Virus record (IMG/VR): IMGVR_UViG_2693429827_000001
Location: 4,085 to 68,084 of that record
Strand: one strand, 5' to 3'
Source of the DNA: a virus
Lineage: Duplodnaviria; Caudoviricetes
DNA length: 64,000 nt
The position numbers and the translations under genes were made by a program. The notes beneath the pieces were generated by a model. That model did no database searches and had not been told where the DNA came from. It worked only from the letters and a program-made list of their open reading frames with translations. Shown piece after piece: positions 36,106-44,922 of this stretch; position 1 is the stretch's first letter, and each line of letters begins with the position of its first letter.

Positions 36106-36384
36106 CTACAGTTCGTACTCGTGCATTTCCGTTAACTCGCCGAGCATTACGACGCGCTCACGATACGACACGCCGGCATAGTCCGCATGAATATCGCCAT
36201 CAATGACGCCGGACTCCGTTTTGGCTGCGATGATTACGCCGGTTATCGCGCCCTCACGCGCCATCTCCGCGAACGATTCGAGTAGTTCGATGACAGCGTC
36301 CTGGCGGAGTTGTTCCGGTGACTTGCGTAGAGTGAACGGTAATATTTCCGCCAAATGCGGTTCTTGCGTATGTTGATCGCTCAT
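36106..36384 (-). CDS. Hypothetical protein
   Basis: AGGAGG RBS; follows thyX. Confidence 0.65.
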   Translation of the reverse strand: MSDQHTQEPHLAEILPFTLRKSPEQLRQDAVIELLESFAEMAREGAITGVIIAAKTESGVIDGDIHADYAGVSYRERVVMLGELTEMHEYEL

Positions 36385-36385
36385 A

Positions 36386-37108
36386 TTACGCCTCCTTTAC
36401 CGGAATTAATTCGCCAATTGATACGGGGAACTTCGATTCAATCAGCGTTAGAACCGCCTTTGCGTAAAGTTGTATTTCAACCTGCGCGTCGTGTTCGAGT
36501 CGTTGCGCGAGAAAGTGACATACGGATTGAAGCGATGCGGTCCAGTACCAACGGACGTACATTCCGTAAGCGGGCAAGAATAGGCGCGCTTGTTCTGCGC
36601 AGATTCCGTACTCAATTGCGTGTGCGTAAAGCCCCTCGCCTTGCTTAATGTAATCTTCGAGTTGAAGCGAGAAAGCATAAGCGTCATCACGGTTAATCGG
36701 ATCGCCCGACCCCTGCTTACTGTTCGCAGGTGCGCTACGCCACTCGTCCGGATTAGGAATATAAAACGCTGGCTCCTCGGTAATATAACGGCGGCTCGAC
36801 TCGTTCCATGCGTTCATACTGTCTCCAACCGCTTCCTGATGCGAAGATCCGATAATATACTTGTGCCACTGCCGGGCCACCATTAGTGGCGCATAAATCT
36901 CAAATTGGGCGAGCGCATGTCTAAACGGGGACGAATGTCCTTCACGTGCTAAGAACTTAATCAGACGAACATCCCGTTCAGTTAACTCCTTCGACTCCTT
37001 CGAGTAGCTAACTCTGGCCGCGTTTACTACGGTCAAGTCAGAGCCCATAACATCAACAAGCCTAACGTACCCCTCGTCTAGCACGGTGATCCTATGCATA
37101 TCTACCAA
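36386..37108 (-). CDS. thyX: FAD-dependent thymidylate synthase
   Basis: VVNAARVS, GHSSPF, VARQW, NESSRRY, AEQAR..LP, AQ.EI; start may be the ATG at 37099. Confidence 0.9.
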   Translation of the reverse strand: MVDMHRITVLDEGYVRLVDVMGSDLTVVNAARVSYSKESKELTERDVRLIKFLAREGHSSPFRHALAQFEIYAPLMVARQWHKYIIGSSHQEAVGDSMNAWNESSRRYITEEPAFYIPNPDEWRSAPANSKQGSGDPINRDDAYAFSLQLEDYIKQGEGLYAHAIEYGICAEQARLFLPAYGMYVRWYWTASLQSVCHFLAQRLEHDAQVEIQLYAKAVLTLIESKFPVSIGELIPVKEA

Positions 37109-37508
37109 GGCAATCCCTCCTACGTTTTTCGGTATTCAATAAGGCATGGTGCCTCATGTGCTCGGTTCTAACTAGAACCTTCAAGTTTTCAATACGATTA
37201 TTGTTCTTGTTTCCGTCGATGTGATGAACATCTTCGTAGCTTAGAAGTTTTCTTCCTAAGAATCTTTCCATTACTAGGCGGTGACCTAAGGTATATCCGT
37301 CACTCCTAGTTGAAGCTGGGTCCTTAACGAGAACATACCCTTGTGTACTTAGTTTAACGCCGCCTTTCCAATTGGGGTTTTGAGATCCAGGTAACTTCCC
37401 CGCTCCTAACGCCGCCCTTCTACAAGAGGCGCAGAGATATCTACGGTCTCGTCTATTTGAAAACAACTGAAACTCGTCTCCACACTCCCTACAGGCTCGA
37501 CACCTCAT
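37092..37508 (-). CDS. HNH endonuclease
   Basis: NPNWKGG, HRLVME..LGR.L...EDVHHIDGNKNNNRIENL. Confidence 0.88.
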   Translation of the reverse strand: MRCRACRECGDEFQLFSNRRDRRYLCASCRRAALGAGKLPGSQNPNWKGGVKLSTQGYVLVKDPASTRSDGYTLGHRLVMERFLGRKLLSYEDVHHIDGNKNNNRIENLKVLVRTEHMRHHALLNTEKRRRDCLGRYA

Positions 37509-37529
37509 CGACCTACACCTTCTTCCTTC

Positions 37530-37616
37530 TTAGTTCGCAAACAGCGCAATCACTACGACCCAAAACGTTAAGCAATACGTCAGGACTGCGGTCCATATTA
37601 GCGCGGATTTATTCAT
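37530..37616 (-). CDS. 28-aa single-helix membrane peptide (MNKSALIWTAVLTYCLTFWVVVIALFAN)
   Basis: ATGA overlap with the dut stop; GGAG RBS; fills the gap between genes. Confidence 0.5.
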   Translation of the reverse strand: MNKSALIWTAVLTYCLTFWVVVIALFAN

Positions 37617-38131
37617 GCGCTCACTCCCGTATGCCCGAAGCCGCCCGATCCTCGCTCAGTATCCGCAAGCTCACCGTCTGTCTCTTCAAGATTAGCGCGT
37701 ACTACCGGTGCGATCACGCCTTGTGCGATGCGGTCGCCGGCGCGGATAAGGTACGTCCCGTAGGGACATTCTTGAGCGCCGTTATCAATCGGTTGGATGG
37801 TGGCATCAATAAACGTCCAGTAATACGATAGTTCGTCAAGCTGCGCAATGTTATCGATGATCACCTTAACCTCGCCTCGGTACGAACTATCTACGGTGCC
37901 TGGCGTATTAGCTACGCGCAGTTTAGTGCGCAAGCTCACACCGGATCGCGGACGTATCTGCAGCTCGTAGCCATCCGGAATCTCGAACGCAAGGCCCGTC
38001 GGTACTAACGCGGTCTCACCAGGCGCGATGATTACGTCTTCGGTCGCGACTAAATCGAATCCACTATCCTGTGGGTTCGCGTACCTTGGGATACAGGCTT
38101 CAGAATGTAGCTTTTTCACTCTAACTCTCAA
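37613..38131 (-). CDS. dut: Trimeric dUTPase
   Basis: SGFDL, RPRSG, GTVDSSYRGE, DRIAQ, RGSGGFGHTG (motifs I-V). Confidence 0.95.
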   Translation of the reverse strand: MRVRVKKLHSEACIPRYANPQDSGFDLVATEDVIIAPGETALVPTGLAFEIPDGYELQIRPRSGVSLRTKLRVANTPGTVDSSYRGEVKVIIDNIAQLDELSYYWTFIDATIQPIDNGAQECPYGTYLIRAGDRIAQGVIAPVVRANLEETDGELADTERGSGGFGHTGVSA

Positions 38132-38617
38132 TTACTTTCCCTCCTTTATTTTATTGATTCTGGCTAAATCTCCGTGAAGATCAACTGCCGCCTTGTTGTA
38201 TGCCACTGCGGCTTCCTCAGCAGTTGAGTGTCTGCCTAAACTTTTCCGAACCCCGTGATTAGTGATATATGCCTCCCAGTTGCCTCTACTCTTACAAAAA
38301 CTCACCCCAAGATACCCTGACGTATTGTTAGATGGAATTCCTCTATTCAGGTTATTTTCTCGATTATTTACCACGCGAAGATTGCTTCTCCTGTTATCTA
38401 ATCTGTTCATGTTAATGTGATCGCCTTGAATATTACTCCCCTTGCCGTGTATACCTAACAACTGTCTATGCATGAGAATTATCTTTCCAGATTCTCTCCT
38501 TGCAGCATAACCACTAGAAGTTAGATGCCAACTATATTTACTGATGGCGTCAAAATCCTCATTGTCTATAAGAGAGACAGCTCCCTTGGTTAGAGAAATT
38601 GACTTAACGGCGCTCAC
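38132..38617 (-). CDS. HNH endonuclease with AP2 domain
   Basis: DHINMNRLDNRRSNLR, NTSGYLGVS, EEAAVAYNKAA..LHG. Confidence 0.9.
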   Translation of the reverse strand: MSAVKSISLTKGAVSLIDNEDFDAISKYSWHLTSSGYAARRESGKIILMHRQLLGIHGKGSNIQGDHINMNRLDNRRSNLRVVNNRENNLNRGIPSNNTSGYLGVSFCKSRGNWEAYITNHGVRKSLGRHSTAEEAAVAYNKAAVDLHGDLARINKIKEGK

Positions 38618-39499
38618 TTACGCAGCCACCTCCGTTCCATCCGCATAGTCAACGTCCGTGTCGTCGATGATCTCGATTTGATTTTCGCCAACCCAACCGC
38701 TGCCGTAAGTATGCTTCCACGCTTTACCGTATCTCGTTCCGTCGTAATATGCTTCTCTCTTCTTAAGCGCAGACGTCCACGTTAAGCCCGTCTTCTTCGG
38801 CGTAAATACCGCACCCACTCGTGGCTCATCCGGTTGCGGCGCGTTTAGATACTCGTTAGGCACCGTTAATCCGAGTGCGCGACGTAGTGCGATCGCTTTA
38901 CCGATAGCAGCGTTGAACACTTCGCCCGGCGCGCATTTTGCGGTGTTCTTTCCGAAGTTACGCGCCGTTATCACTCCGTTGTATTTAGTCCGGTGAACTA
39001 ACGCCGTTACCGCTCTCTTCTCGCGATTTACGTGGAACTCAACGCGGTAGAACATCGTGTGAAACGGTGAATCCTCCGGAAGTCTCGCGTCGATATCGCG
39101 CCCAATCCGCTCCAACTCGGCAACGTCCGCCTTAGCCTGCGCGATTACCTTTGCGCGAGTTAATACGTTGTTAGGCGTAGTTACGACGGGTTCGACCTGC
39201 GATTCCTCTTCGATGATCTTGCGCACCTCATCCGCATTATCACGTAGGAACTGCGCGAACTTTTCGAAGATTGGCGTTGAGAAGAAGGATTGCGGTGCGA
39301 CCGATTCAAGTACGACGTATTCGCGATAGGATACGTACGTTGTACCACTGCCGATACGCACCGTTACGCTGCCGTTACCGTGCACACGTACAACTGTAAG
39401 TACGTCTCCGGTCTTATACCCATCCGCTCCCCAAGCGTTTACGATTTTAATACGTTCACCTACGTTTGCTGTGCGCGATACCTCTACGAATTGACTCAT
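38618..39499 (-). CDS. Modular hypothetical protein
   Basis: N-domain shared with 48861-50306, C-domain shared with 34389-35069. Confidence 0.7.
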   Translation of the reverse strand: MSQFVEVSRTANVGERIKIVNAWGADGYKTGDVLTVVRVHGNGSVTVRIGSGTTYVSYREYVVLESVAPQSFFSTPIFEKFAQFLRDNADEVRKIIEEESQVEPVVTTPNNVLTRAKVIAQAKADVAELERIGRDIDARLPEDSPFHTMFYRVEFHVNREKRAVTALVHRTKYNGVITARNFGKNTAKCAPGEVFNAAIGKAIALRRALGLTVPNEYLNAPQPDEPRVGAVFTPKKTGLTWTSALKKREAYYDGTRYGKAWKHTYGSGWVGENQIEIIDDTDVDYADGTEVAA

Positions 39500-39522
39500 A
39501 CAATCGCCTCCGTTTAAATTAG

Positions 39523-40176
39523 TTACCACGCGAGTTTATCAGCGTGAGTTGATATTTCGCCGCGGAAGTTAACGGTTAGTTCGCATACGTTAACGTACGG
39601 CTGGCTGCGGAAGTGTTCGAGATACGGAACGAATCCGGACTTTTTCGGATCGGGCAAATCGCACTGTAGCGCATGCCCCTCGACTATTACCGTACAGTCA
39701 TCGTGCAAACGCGTTAATACCTTTTTGAGCTCGCCGCGCGTAAAGTTCTGCGCTTCCGAAATGATGACCGTTTTGCCCTTTACGTTAGTTCCGCGTACAT
39801 AAACGTGTGACTTCGGATATACCCAAACGTCGCCGCGTTTCTGCGTTTCGAGATTATCTTCGTTGTAAATCGCTTTGCGCGGGTCCTCGCCGATCTCGTA
39901 TAGCGCGTCCTCTAACGGCGTGAAATATACGGACTCTTTCGCCTTAACTCCGCCGGGCAGAAAGCCCATGCGCTTCTCTTCGACCGGACTGATTACGTAG
40001 ACTAGCGGCTTATTTAGCAATTTCGCTACCGCAACCGCGAGCGTAGTCTTTCCGGTGCCTGCAGCCGCGTTTACGAATGTTACGCGATTATCGAAAATCG
40101 AATCGACATATATGCGCTGTTCTGGCGTCAGCTTATCGGCGAATCCGAAGAACATCGAGTCTTTAGGTAGCGGCAT
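39523..40176 (-). CDS. phoH: PhoH-family ATPase
   Basis: AAGTGKT, GFLPG, RGT, EAQN, LTR, QCD, R..IS. Confidence 0.9.
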   Translation of the reverse strand: MPLPKDSMFFGFADKLTPEQRIYVDSIFDNRVTFVNAAAGTGKTTLAVAVAKLLNKPLVYVISPVEEKRMGFLPGGVKAKESVYFTPLEDALYEIGEDPRKAIYNEDNLETQKRGDVWVYPKSHVYVRGTNVKGKTVIISEAQNFTRGELKKVLTRLHDDCTVIVEGHALQCDLPDPKKSGFVPYLEHFRSQPYVNVCELTVNFRGEISTHADKLAW

Positions 40177-40178
40177 GA

Positions 40179-40331
40179 TTAGCGGCCTCCTTTGCGTTCT
40201 AGTGATTCCGTGTAAAATATAATCGCCAGCAATACGCAGAGTAGCGTTGAGCTTAACGGTGTTGGTTCGAGTACACCAACCGCGAGTAATACTGCGTTGA
40301 CTGCGTACCAAATTGCGAAAAACTTAAACAT
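40179..40331 (-). CDS. Small membrane protein (50 aa)
   Basis: Read manually; AAGGAGGTG RBS; two hydrophobic stretches. Confidence 0.6.
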   Translation of the reverse strand: MFKFFAIWYAVNAVLLAVGVLEPTPLSSTLLCVLLAIIFYTESLERKGGR

Positions 40332-40352
40332 CCGCTCACCTCCTTCGTTTGG

Positions 40353-40392
40353 CTTATACTTAAATATTTATCGCTACTTTTCGATTCGTACA
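40353..40392 (-). promoter_or_regulatory. Conserved 40-bp phage promoter-like motif, copy 1
   Basis: TGTACGAA-tcg-AAAAGTAGCGATAAATA-tttaa-GTATAAG. Confidence 0.75.
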
Positions 40393-40410
40393 AATTTGGC
40401 GCAATTTTTC

Positions 40411-40444
40411 AAAAAAAAACGGAGAAGCCCCGAAAGGCCCTCCG
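40411..40444 (-). terminator. Intrinsic terminator after nrdB
   Basis: CGGAG...CTCCG stem with UUCG-type loop and U9. Confidence 0.8.
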
Positions 40445-40445
40445 C

Positions 40446-41477
40446 TTATAGGTCGTCAAATCCGTTATCCTCCGATACTTTCCCGTAGTTACGCGATTTC
40501 CCTTCGAAGAAATCTGTTTTAGTCGCGTTGAGCGCTTCGTCTGAAAACGGTCGTATCCACGGCATCGGATTCGTATCCACGCCGACATACGCCTTGTCAA
40601 GCCCCATCAAACGTAAGCGCATATTCGCCATATACTTGATGTACGAAGACAGCTCGGACAGGTCGATACCTCGCACGTTAGATAACGTATAGTACGCCCA
40701 ATTCGTCTCAAGTTGGACCGCTCGGTCAATCGTTGCGTAAACGTAGTCGGCGTTCTCTTGCGTATTGAGTTCCGGGAAGTCTGCGCGTAGCTGCTTGAAT
40801 ACTTCCGCGAAAAAGTAACAGTGCTGGTTCTCATCCCTTTGTATATAGCTGATCATTTGCGAGGTACCGAGCATCTTCTGATCTCGCGCTAAGTTATAGA
40901 AGAATGCGAACGTACTGTAGAAGAAAATACCTTCGAGGATGAGGTCGGCAACCATCGCTTTGAAGAACGTCTGCGGACACGGATTGTCACGAAACTCCTG
41001 ATAGATATCCGCAATAAACGTATTCCGTTCGAGTAGGACCGGATCGTGCTTCCAGTATTCGAATATTTCGTTCTGTTCCTGGCGCGAGACAAGCGATGAC
41101 AACACGTACGAATACGACTGATTGTGTACGACTTCTTGTTGCGCGATGATTGCGGATACCGCTTCGAGTGAGCTGTCCGTGAAATAACGCTTAACGTCAC
41201 CGACGAACATCGTTTGCATCGAATCGAGAACCGCGAGAAGTCCGATATTAATCTTAAACGTGCGCTGCTCTTCCGAATCTAATAGCGGAAATTGCTGCGC
41301 GTCTTTACTCATCGGGATTTCGTCCGCGATCCAATAGTTGAGTAGTAGTACTTTGTAGAGCTTATACATATGCGGCATGCGGATGTCGTCCCAATTGAGG
41401 ATGCCGGACGATTCGCCCTCGATAATTCGCGTCGATTTATTCGGTGCTTCCGTATTGAATATCTTTTGTAACTGCAA
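40446..41477 (-). CDS. nrdB: Ribonucleotide reductase class I beta subunit
   Basis: LD..Q, EVVHNQSY, LEGIFFY, RDENQH ligands; DFFE...Y tail. Confidence 0.93.
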   Translation of the reverse strand: MQLQKIFNTEAPNKSTRIIEGESSGILNWDDIRMPHMYKLYKVLLLNYWIADEIPMSKDAQQFPLLDSEEQRTFKINIGLLAVLDSMQTMFVGDVKRYFTDSSLEAVSAIIAQQEVVHNQSYSYVLSSLVSRQEQNEIFEYWKHDPVLLERNTFIADIYQEFRDNPCPQTFFKAMVADLILEGIFFYSTFAFFYNLARDQKMLGTSQMISYIQRDENQHCYFFAEVFKQLRADFPELNTQENADYVYATIDRAVQLETNWAYYTLSNVRGIDLSELSSYIKYMANMRLRLMGLDKAYVGVDTNPMPWIRPFSDEALNATKTDFFEGKSRNYGKVSEDNGFDDL

Positions 41478-41525
41478 GTAATCACGCTCCTTAATCGTAT
41501 ATGTTAAACGTAAAGCCGGCGCCCA

Positions 41526-43835
41526 TTAGGACGCGCAGCTCTCGCATTCATCAATCGTAAGCGCGCGGCTCCGAATATAATACGTACTCTTTATTCCGCT
41601 CTTCCACGCGTCGATATGTAGCGCTAGGAATGTGGACGCCTTAATATCCGGCGTTACGTACAAATTGAATGATTGCGCTTGGTCTACGTGACGCTGACGA
41701 GCGCCTGCTGCTTTAATCGACCAGTGCTGATCGATAGTGAACGCGGTCTTGTAAAACGGAAATGTACGCGGCGATAAGTCCGGAACAGGATTCGCAATCT
41801 TATACGTTGTCTTCTCCTCGTACGCGAGCTGTTCGTATATCGGATCGATACTTGCGGTAGATCCGGCGATAATGGACGTGGAGGCGTTAGGTGCAATCGC
41901 CATGAGGTAGCCGTTGCGAATACCCGTCGTTTGAATCTGCATACACAGCGCGTTCCACTCGTTTGGCACGTAGCGATCCGCATAGCCACGTTGAAAGAAG
42001 TATTCGCCCGTATGCCAATCGGAGCCTTCAAACGCTGGGTAAGCGCCTTTTTCAACCGCTAGGTCAGCGCTTGCCTTAATCGCGAGATAATTAATTCGCT
42101 CGTACAACTCGTCGTTATAGCGGACAGCCTCTTCGGATTCCCATCGGATACCTTCTAGCGCGAGCAAGTGGTGCAGTCCGAACGTACCGAGTCCGACCGC
42201 GCGATATTGTTGATTCGTATACTGCGCCTGCAGAACCTCGATAGTATTGATATCGATGACGTTATCGAGCATTCGCACCTGAATCGGAATAAGACGTTCG
42301 AGTACTTGATCCGGAACAGCGCGCGCCAAGTTAATCGAGTTCAGGTTACACACGACGAAATCGCCGGGCACCTTCGTAACGATAATGCGCGTCTTCCCGT
42401 CTTTCGTAACGAGCTCTTCCGATTCGATAACGGTTGGTGATTGGTTCTGACAGATTTCTGTACATAAGTTTGACGAATACACCATTCCGCGATGACTATT
42501 CGGATTAGCGCGGTTAACCGTATCCCGATAGAACATATACGGCGTTCCCGTTTCAAGCTGCGATTTCATTACGCGCTTCATAATATCGATGGCCGGCACA
42601 GTGATTCGCGGCAATAACGGATGAGCCACCGCCTCGGCATAACGGTCACGGAACGATCCATATCCGACTTTCTCATCGTAGAAATCTTCGAGTCCGAGCG
42701 CTCGTCCGTTATCATCCGTCCAACCCATTACGGACTTAACTTCGTGCGGACAAAATAGCGACCAATCTCCGCGCGCTTCTACCGTCTCCATAAACAGATC
42801 CGGTAAGCAAACGCCGTGAAAGATATCGTGCGCTCTTAAACGCTCGTCACCGTTATTCAGCTTCAAGTCAAGGAACGCGAGTATATCCTTATGGAATACG
42901 TCGAGATATACGGCGATTGCGCCTTTACGCGTGCCGAGCTGATCAACGCTAACGGCCGTATTATTGAGCTGGCGAATCCACGGAATAACGCCGCTACTCG
43001 TATTCTTATGGCCGCGGATATCCGATCCCCTTGCGCGCACCTTTCCGAGATAGACGCCGATTCCGCCACCGCCTTTGCTCAAACGCGCGACATCCGTATT
43101 GGAATCGAATATTCCTTCGAGCGAATCGTCAACGGTATCGATAAAGCACGATGATAGCTGACCGCCCGTCGCCTTGCCTGCGTTCGATAACGTCGGTGTA
43201 GCCGCGGTCATATATAAGTTACTCATCGCCCAATACGCCTCTTTAACGAGTTCGACGCGCTTATCGGCCGGCTCCTTATGCATGAGGTACATCGCGATTA
43301 TCATATAGCGTTCTTGCGGAAGCTCGACCGTTCTCCTATCGAGATCCGTCGTAAGGTAACGTTCGGTCAGCGTCAACAGTCCGATATAATCGAATAGTAA
43401 ATCGCGCGATGGATCGATCACTGCGCCGAGTTCTTCGATTTGCTCCTTCGTATAAAATTCCGTTAATTCCTTGCGATAGAGGCCACGATTAACCAAGTCC
43501 GCAACCATCGGATAGAAGGCACCGTATGGACGGTCAATATACGATTTATAGCGCCGACTAACCGCAGCCTTCTTATATAACGACGTCAACAAAGCGCGAG
43601 CTGCAGCGTATTTCCATTCTGGTTCCTCGCGTGTTACGAGTTCTAGCGCTGACATAATGAATGCTTGCGTAATGTCTTCGGCTGATACCGTTTCATGGCG
43701 CAACTTCGATGTGACTCCGCGAACGAGACGGTCGTGGGTGACTCCGTTCAGACCGGAAAGAACACGGTCAGCATATGCGGTAATTCTCTCGGGTTCGAAC
43801 ACCATACGGCGGTTATTCGGTTTATTTACGGTCAT
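41526..43835 (-). CDS. nrdA: Ribonucleotide reductase class I alpha subunit
   Basis: ATPT..NAG, LSSC, SNLCTEI, CNL.S, APNAS, STYY, C-terminal CESC; degenerate ATP cone. Confidence 0.95.
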   Translation of the reverse strand: MTVNKPNNRRMVFEPERITAYADRVLSGLNGVTHDRLVRGVTSKLRHETVSAEDITQAFIMSALELVTREEPEWKYAAARALLTSLYKKAAVSRRYKSYIDRPYGAFYPMVADLVNRGLYRKELTEFYTKEQIEELGAVIDPSRDLLFDYIGLLTLTERYLTTDLDRRTVELPQERYMIIAMYLMHKEPADKRVELVKEAYWAMSNLYMTAATPTLSNAGKATGGQLSSCFIDTVDDSLEGIFDSNTDVARLSKGGGGIGVYLGKVRARGSDIRGHKNTSSGVIPWIRQLNNTAVSVDQLGTRKGAIAVYLDVFHKDILAFLDLKLNNGDERLRAHDIFHGVCLPDLFMETVEARGDWSLFCPHEVKSVMGWTDDNGRALGLEDFYDEKVGYGSFRDRYAEAVAHPLLPRITVPAIDIMKRVMKSQLETGTPYMFYRDTVNRANPNSHRGMVYSSNLCTEICQNQSPTVIESEELVTKDGKTRIIVTKVPGDFVVCNLNSINLARAVPDQVLERLIPIQVRMLDNVIDINTIEVLQAQYTNQQYRAVGLGTFGLHHLLALEGIRWESEEAVRYNDELYERINYLAIKASADLAVEKGAYPAFEGSDWHTGEYFFQRGYADRYVPNEWNALCMQIQTTGIRNGYLMAIAPNASTSIIAGSTASIDPIYEQLAYEEKTTYKIANPVPDLSPRTFPFYKTAFTIDQHWSIKAAGARQRHVDQAQSFNLYVTPDIKASTFLALHIDAWKSGIKSTYYIRSRALTIDECESCAS

Positions 43836-43843
43836 AGTCGTAT

Positions 43844-44014
43844 TTATAAGTCATCGCTCCGTTTCTCTTCGTGTTCGGATAGCCGGCGTTCGGCTTCCGT
43901 TAGTTTCCGTTCATATTCATTCGTAAGACCGCGGAATATATCGACCGATCGTTGTAAGGACGCGACTTCTCTGCGCAAGTGTTCGTGGAGGCGGCGTTCC
44001 GTATCGGGCGTCAT
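43844..44014 (-). CDS. Small coiled-coil hypothetical protein (56 aa)
   Basis: Read manually; ATGA overlap. Confidence 0.5.
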   Translation of the reverse strand: MTPDTERRLHEHLRREVASLQRSVDIFRGLTNEYERKLTEAERRLSEHEEKRSDDL

Positions 44015-44178
44015 AACTCGTCGTCTTCTACGCGCACTGAGTCATACGTTATAATGCCGCCGGCTACTAGAGCATTAAGTACGTCTGTCGCGGATAACTG
44101 CTGGCCGTCAATATACGTTTTTCCGTCTATTCGTATACGCTGGACAATATCGCTGTGTTCGTACACAACTCGTTTCAT
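44011..44178 (-). CDS. Small hypothetical protein
   Basis: ATGA overlap with ruvC; GGAGG RBS. Confidence 0.55.
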   Translation of the reverse strand: MKRVVYEHSDIVQRIRIDGKTYIDGQQLSATDVLNALVAGGIITYDSVRVEDDEL

Positions 44179-44720
44179 ACCACAACCTCCCCGATTAGTT
44201 TTTCGCGTATCGCATACGCAAGACACACCGCTAACGCATCGCTATCATCGTAGCCAGGACGGAACGCGTAATCGTCAGATAGGCGCAGTAGCTTACGTAC
44301 GCTTGCCGCAACAACGTCCTTTTCCGCCTTACCGTTGCCCGTAACGAGCTTCTTAACGGAGGTCGGCGACAACGCCGGCTTTAAGTCCTCCGCTTTATAT
44401 CCGAACTCATGTAGCGCTTTATCCGCAGCTGCCCATGCGCTGAATACCGTTTGAGTTGCGCGTTTATTACGGCCTGACGTAAAATCCTCGCGTACAACGA
44501 TATCGAACGGTCGGTGCTCGCGAACAAACGTGGAGACGAAGGACTCTACGATATAATTGCGGAGCGCGTCCGGATCTTCCGTTGTGGTGGCGACGGAGTT
44601 GCATGCGACGAGGTACGGTTGCCTATTACGTACCTCAATCGCTGCGATGCCGGGACTTAACGATAAGTCGAGTCCGAGTATGCGGTAAGTTGGCGTCTTA
44701 CTGCGTGTTGATTTCGTCAG
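44175..44720 (-). CDS. ruvC: RuvC-like Holliday junction resolvase, probable CTG start
   Basis: Frame reads RILGLDLSLSPG...VVRED...PTSVKKLVTGNGKAEK...DDSDALAV; no ATG/GTG/TTG before the catalytic Asp; AAGGAGGTG upstream of the CTG at 44720. Confidence 0.85.
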   Translation of the reverse strand: MTKSTRSKTPTYRILGLDLSLSPGIAAIEVRNRQPYLVACNSVATTTEDPDALRNYIVESFVSTFVREHRPFDIVVREDFTSGRNKRATQTVFSAWAAADKALHEFGYKAEDLKPALSPTSVKKLVTGNGKAEKDVVAASVRKLLRLSDDYAFRPGYDDSDALAVCLAYAIREKLIGEVVV

Positions 44721-44922
44721 AGTCGCGCACCTCCTTTTCGGAAAAGTATCCGACTAAGAACATATAAAGCGCCGCAGCCCCGATAAGTAGACGCGTTATA
44801 ACCGGATGGTCAGAAAAGAATAGTTGAAAAACAACATACATAAGTCCAATAGCTACGGCAGTTCCTATCCCTAAAAAGGTCAAACCTACAAGTACTCTAT
44901 GGATAAAATTAATCATACTCAC
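44698..44922 (-). CDS. Small membrane protein
   Basis: Two TM helices; AT-rich. Confidence 0.6.
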   Translation of the reverse strand: MSMINFIHRVLVGLTFLGIGTAVAIGLMYVVFQLFFSDHPVITRLLIGAAALYMFLVGYFSEKEVRDSDEINTQ

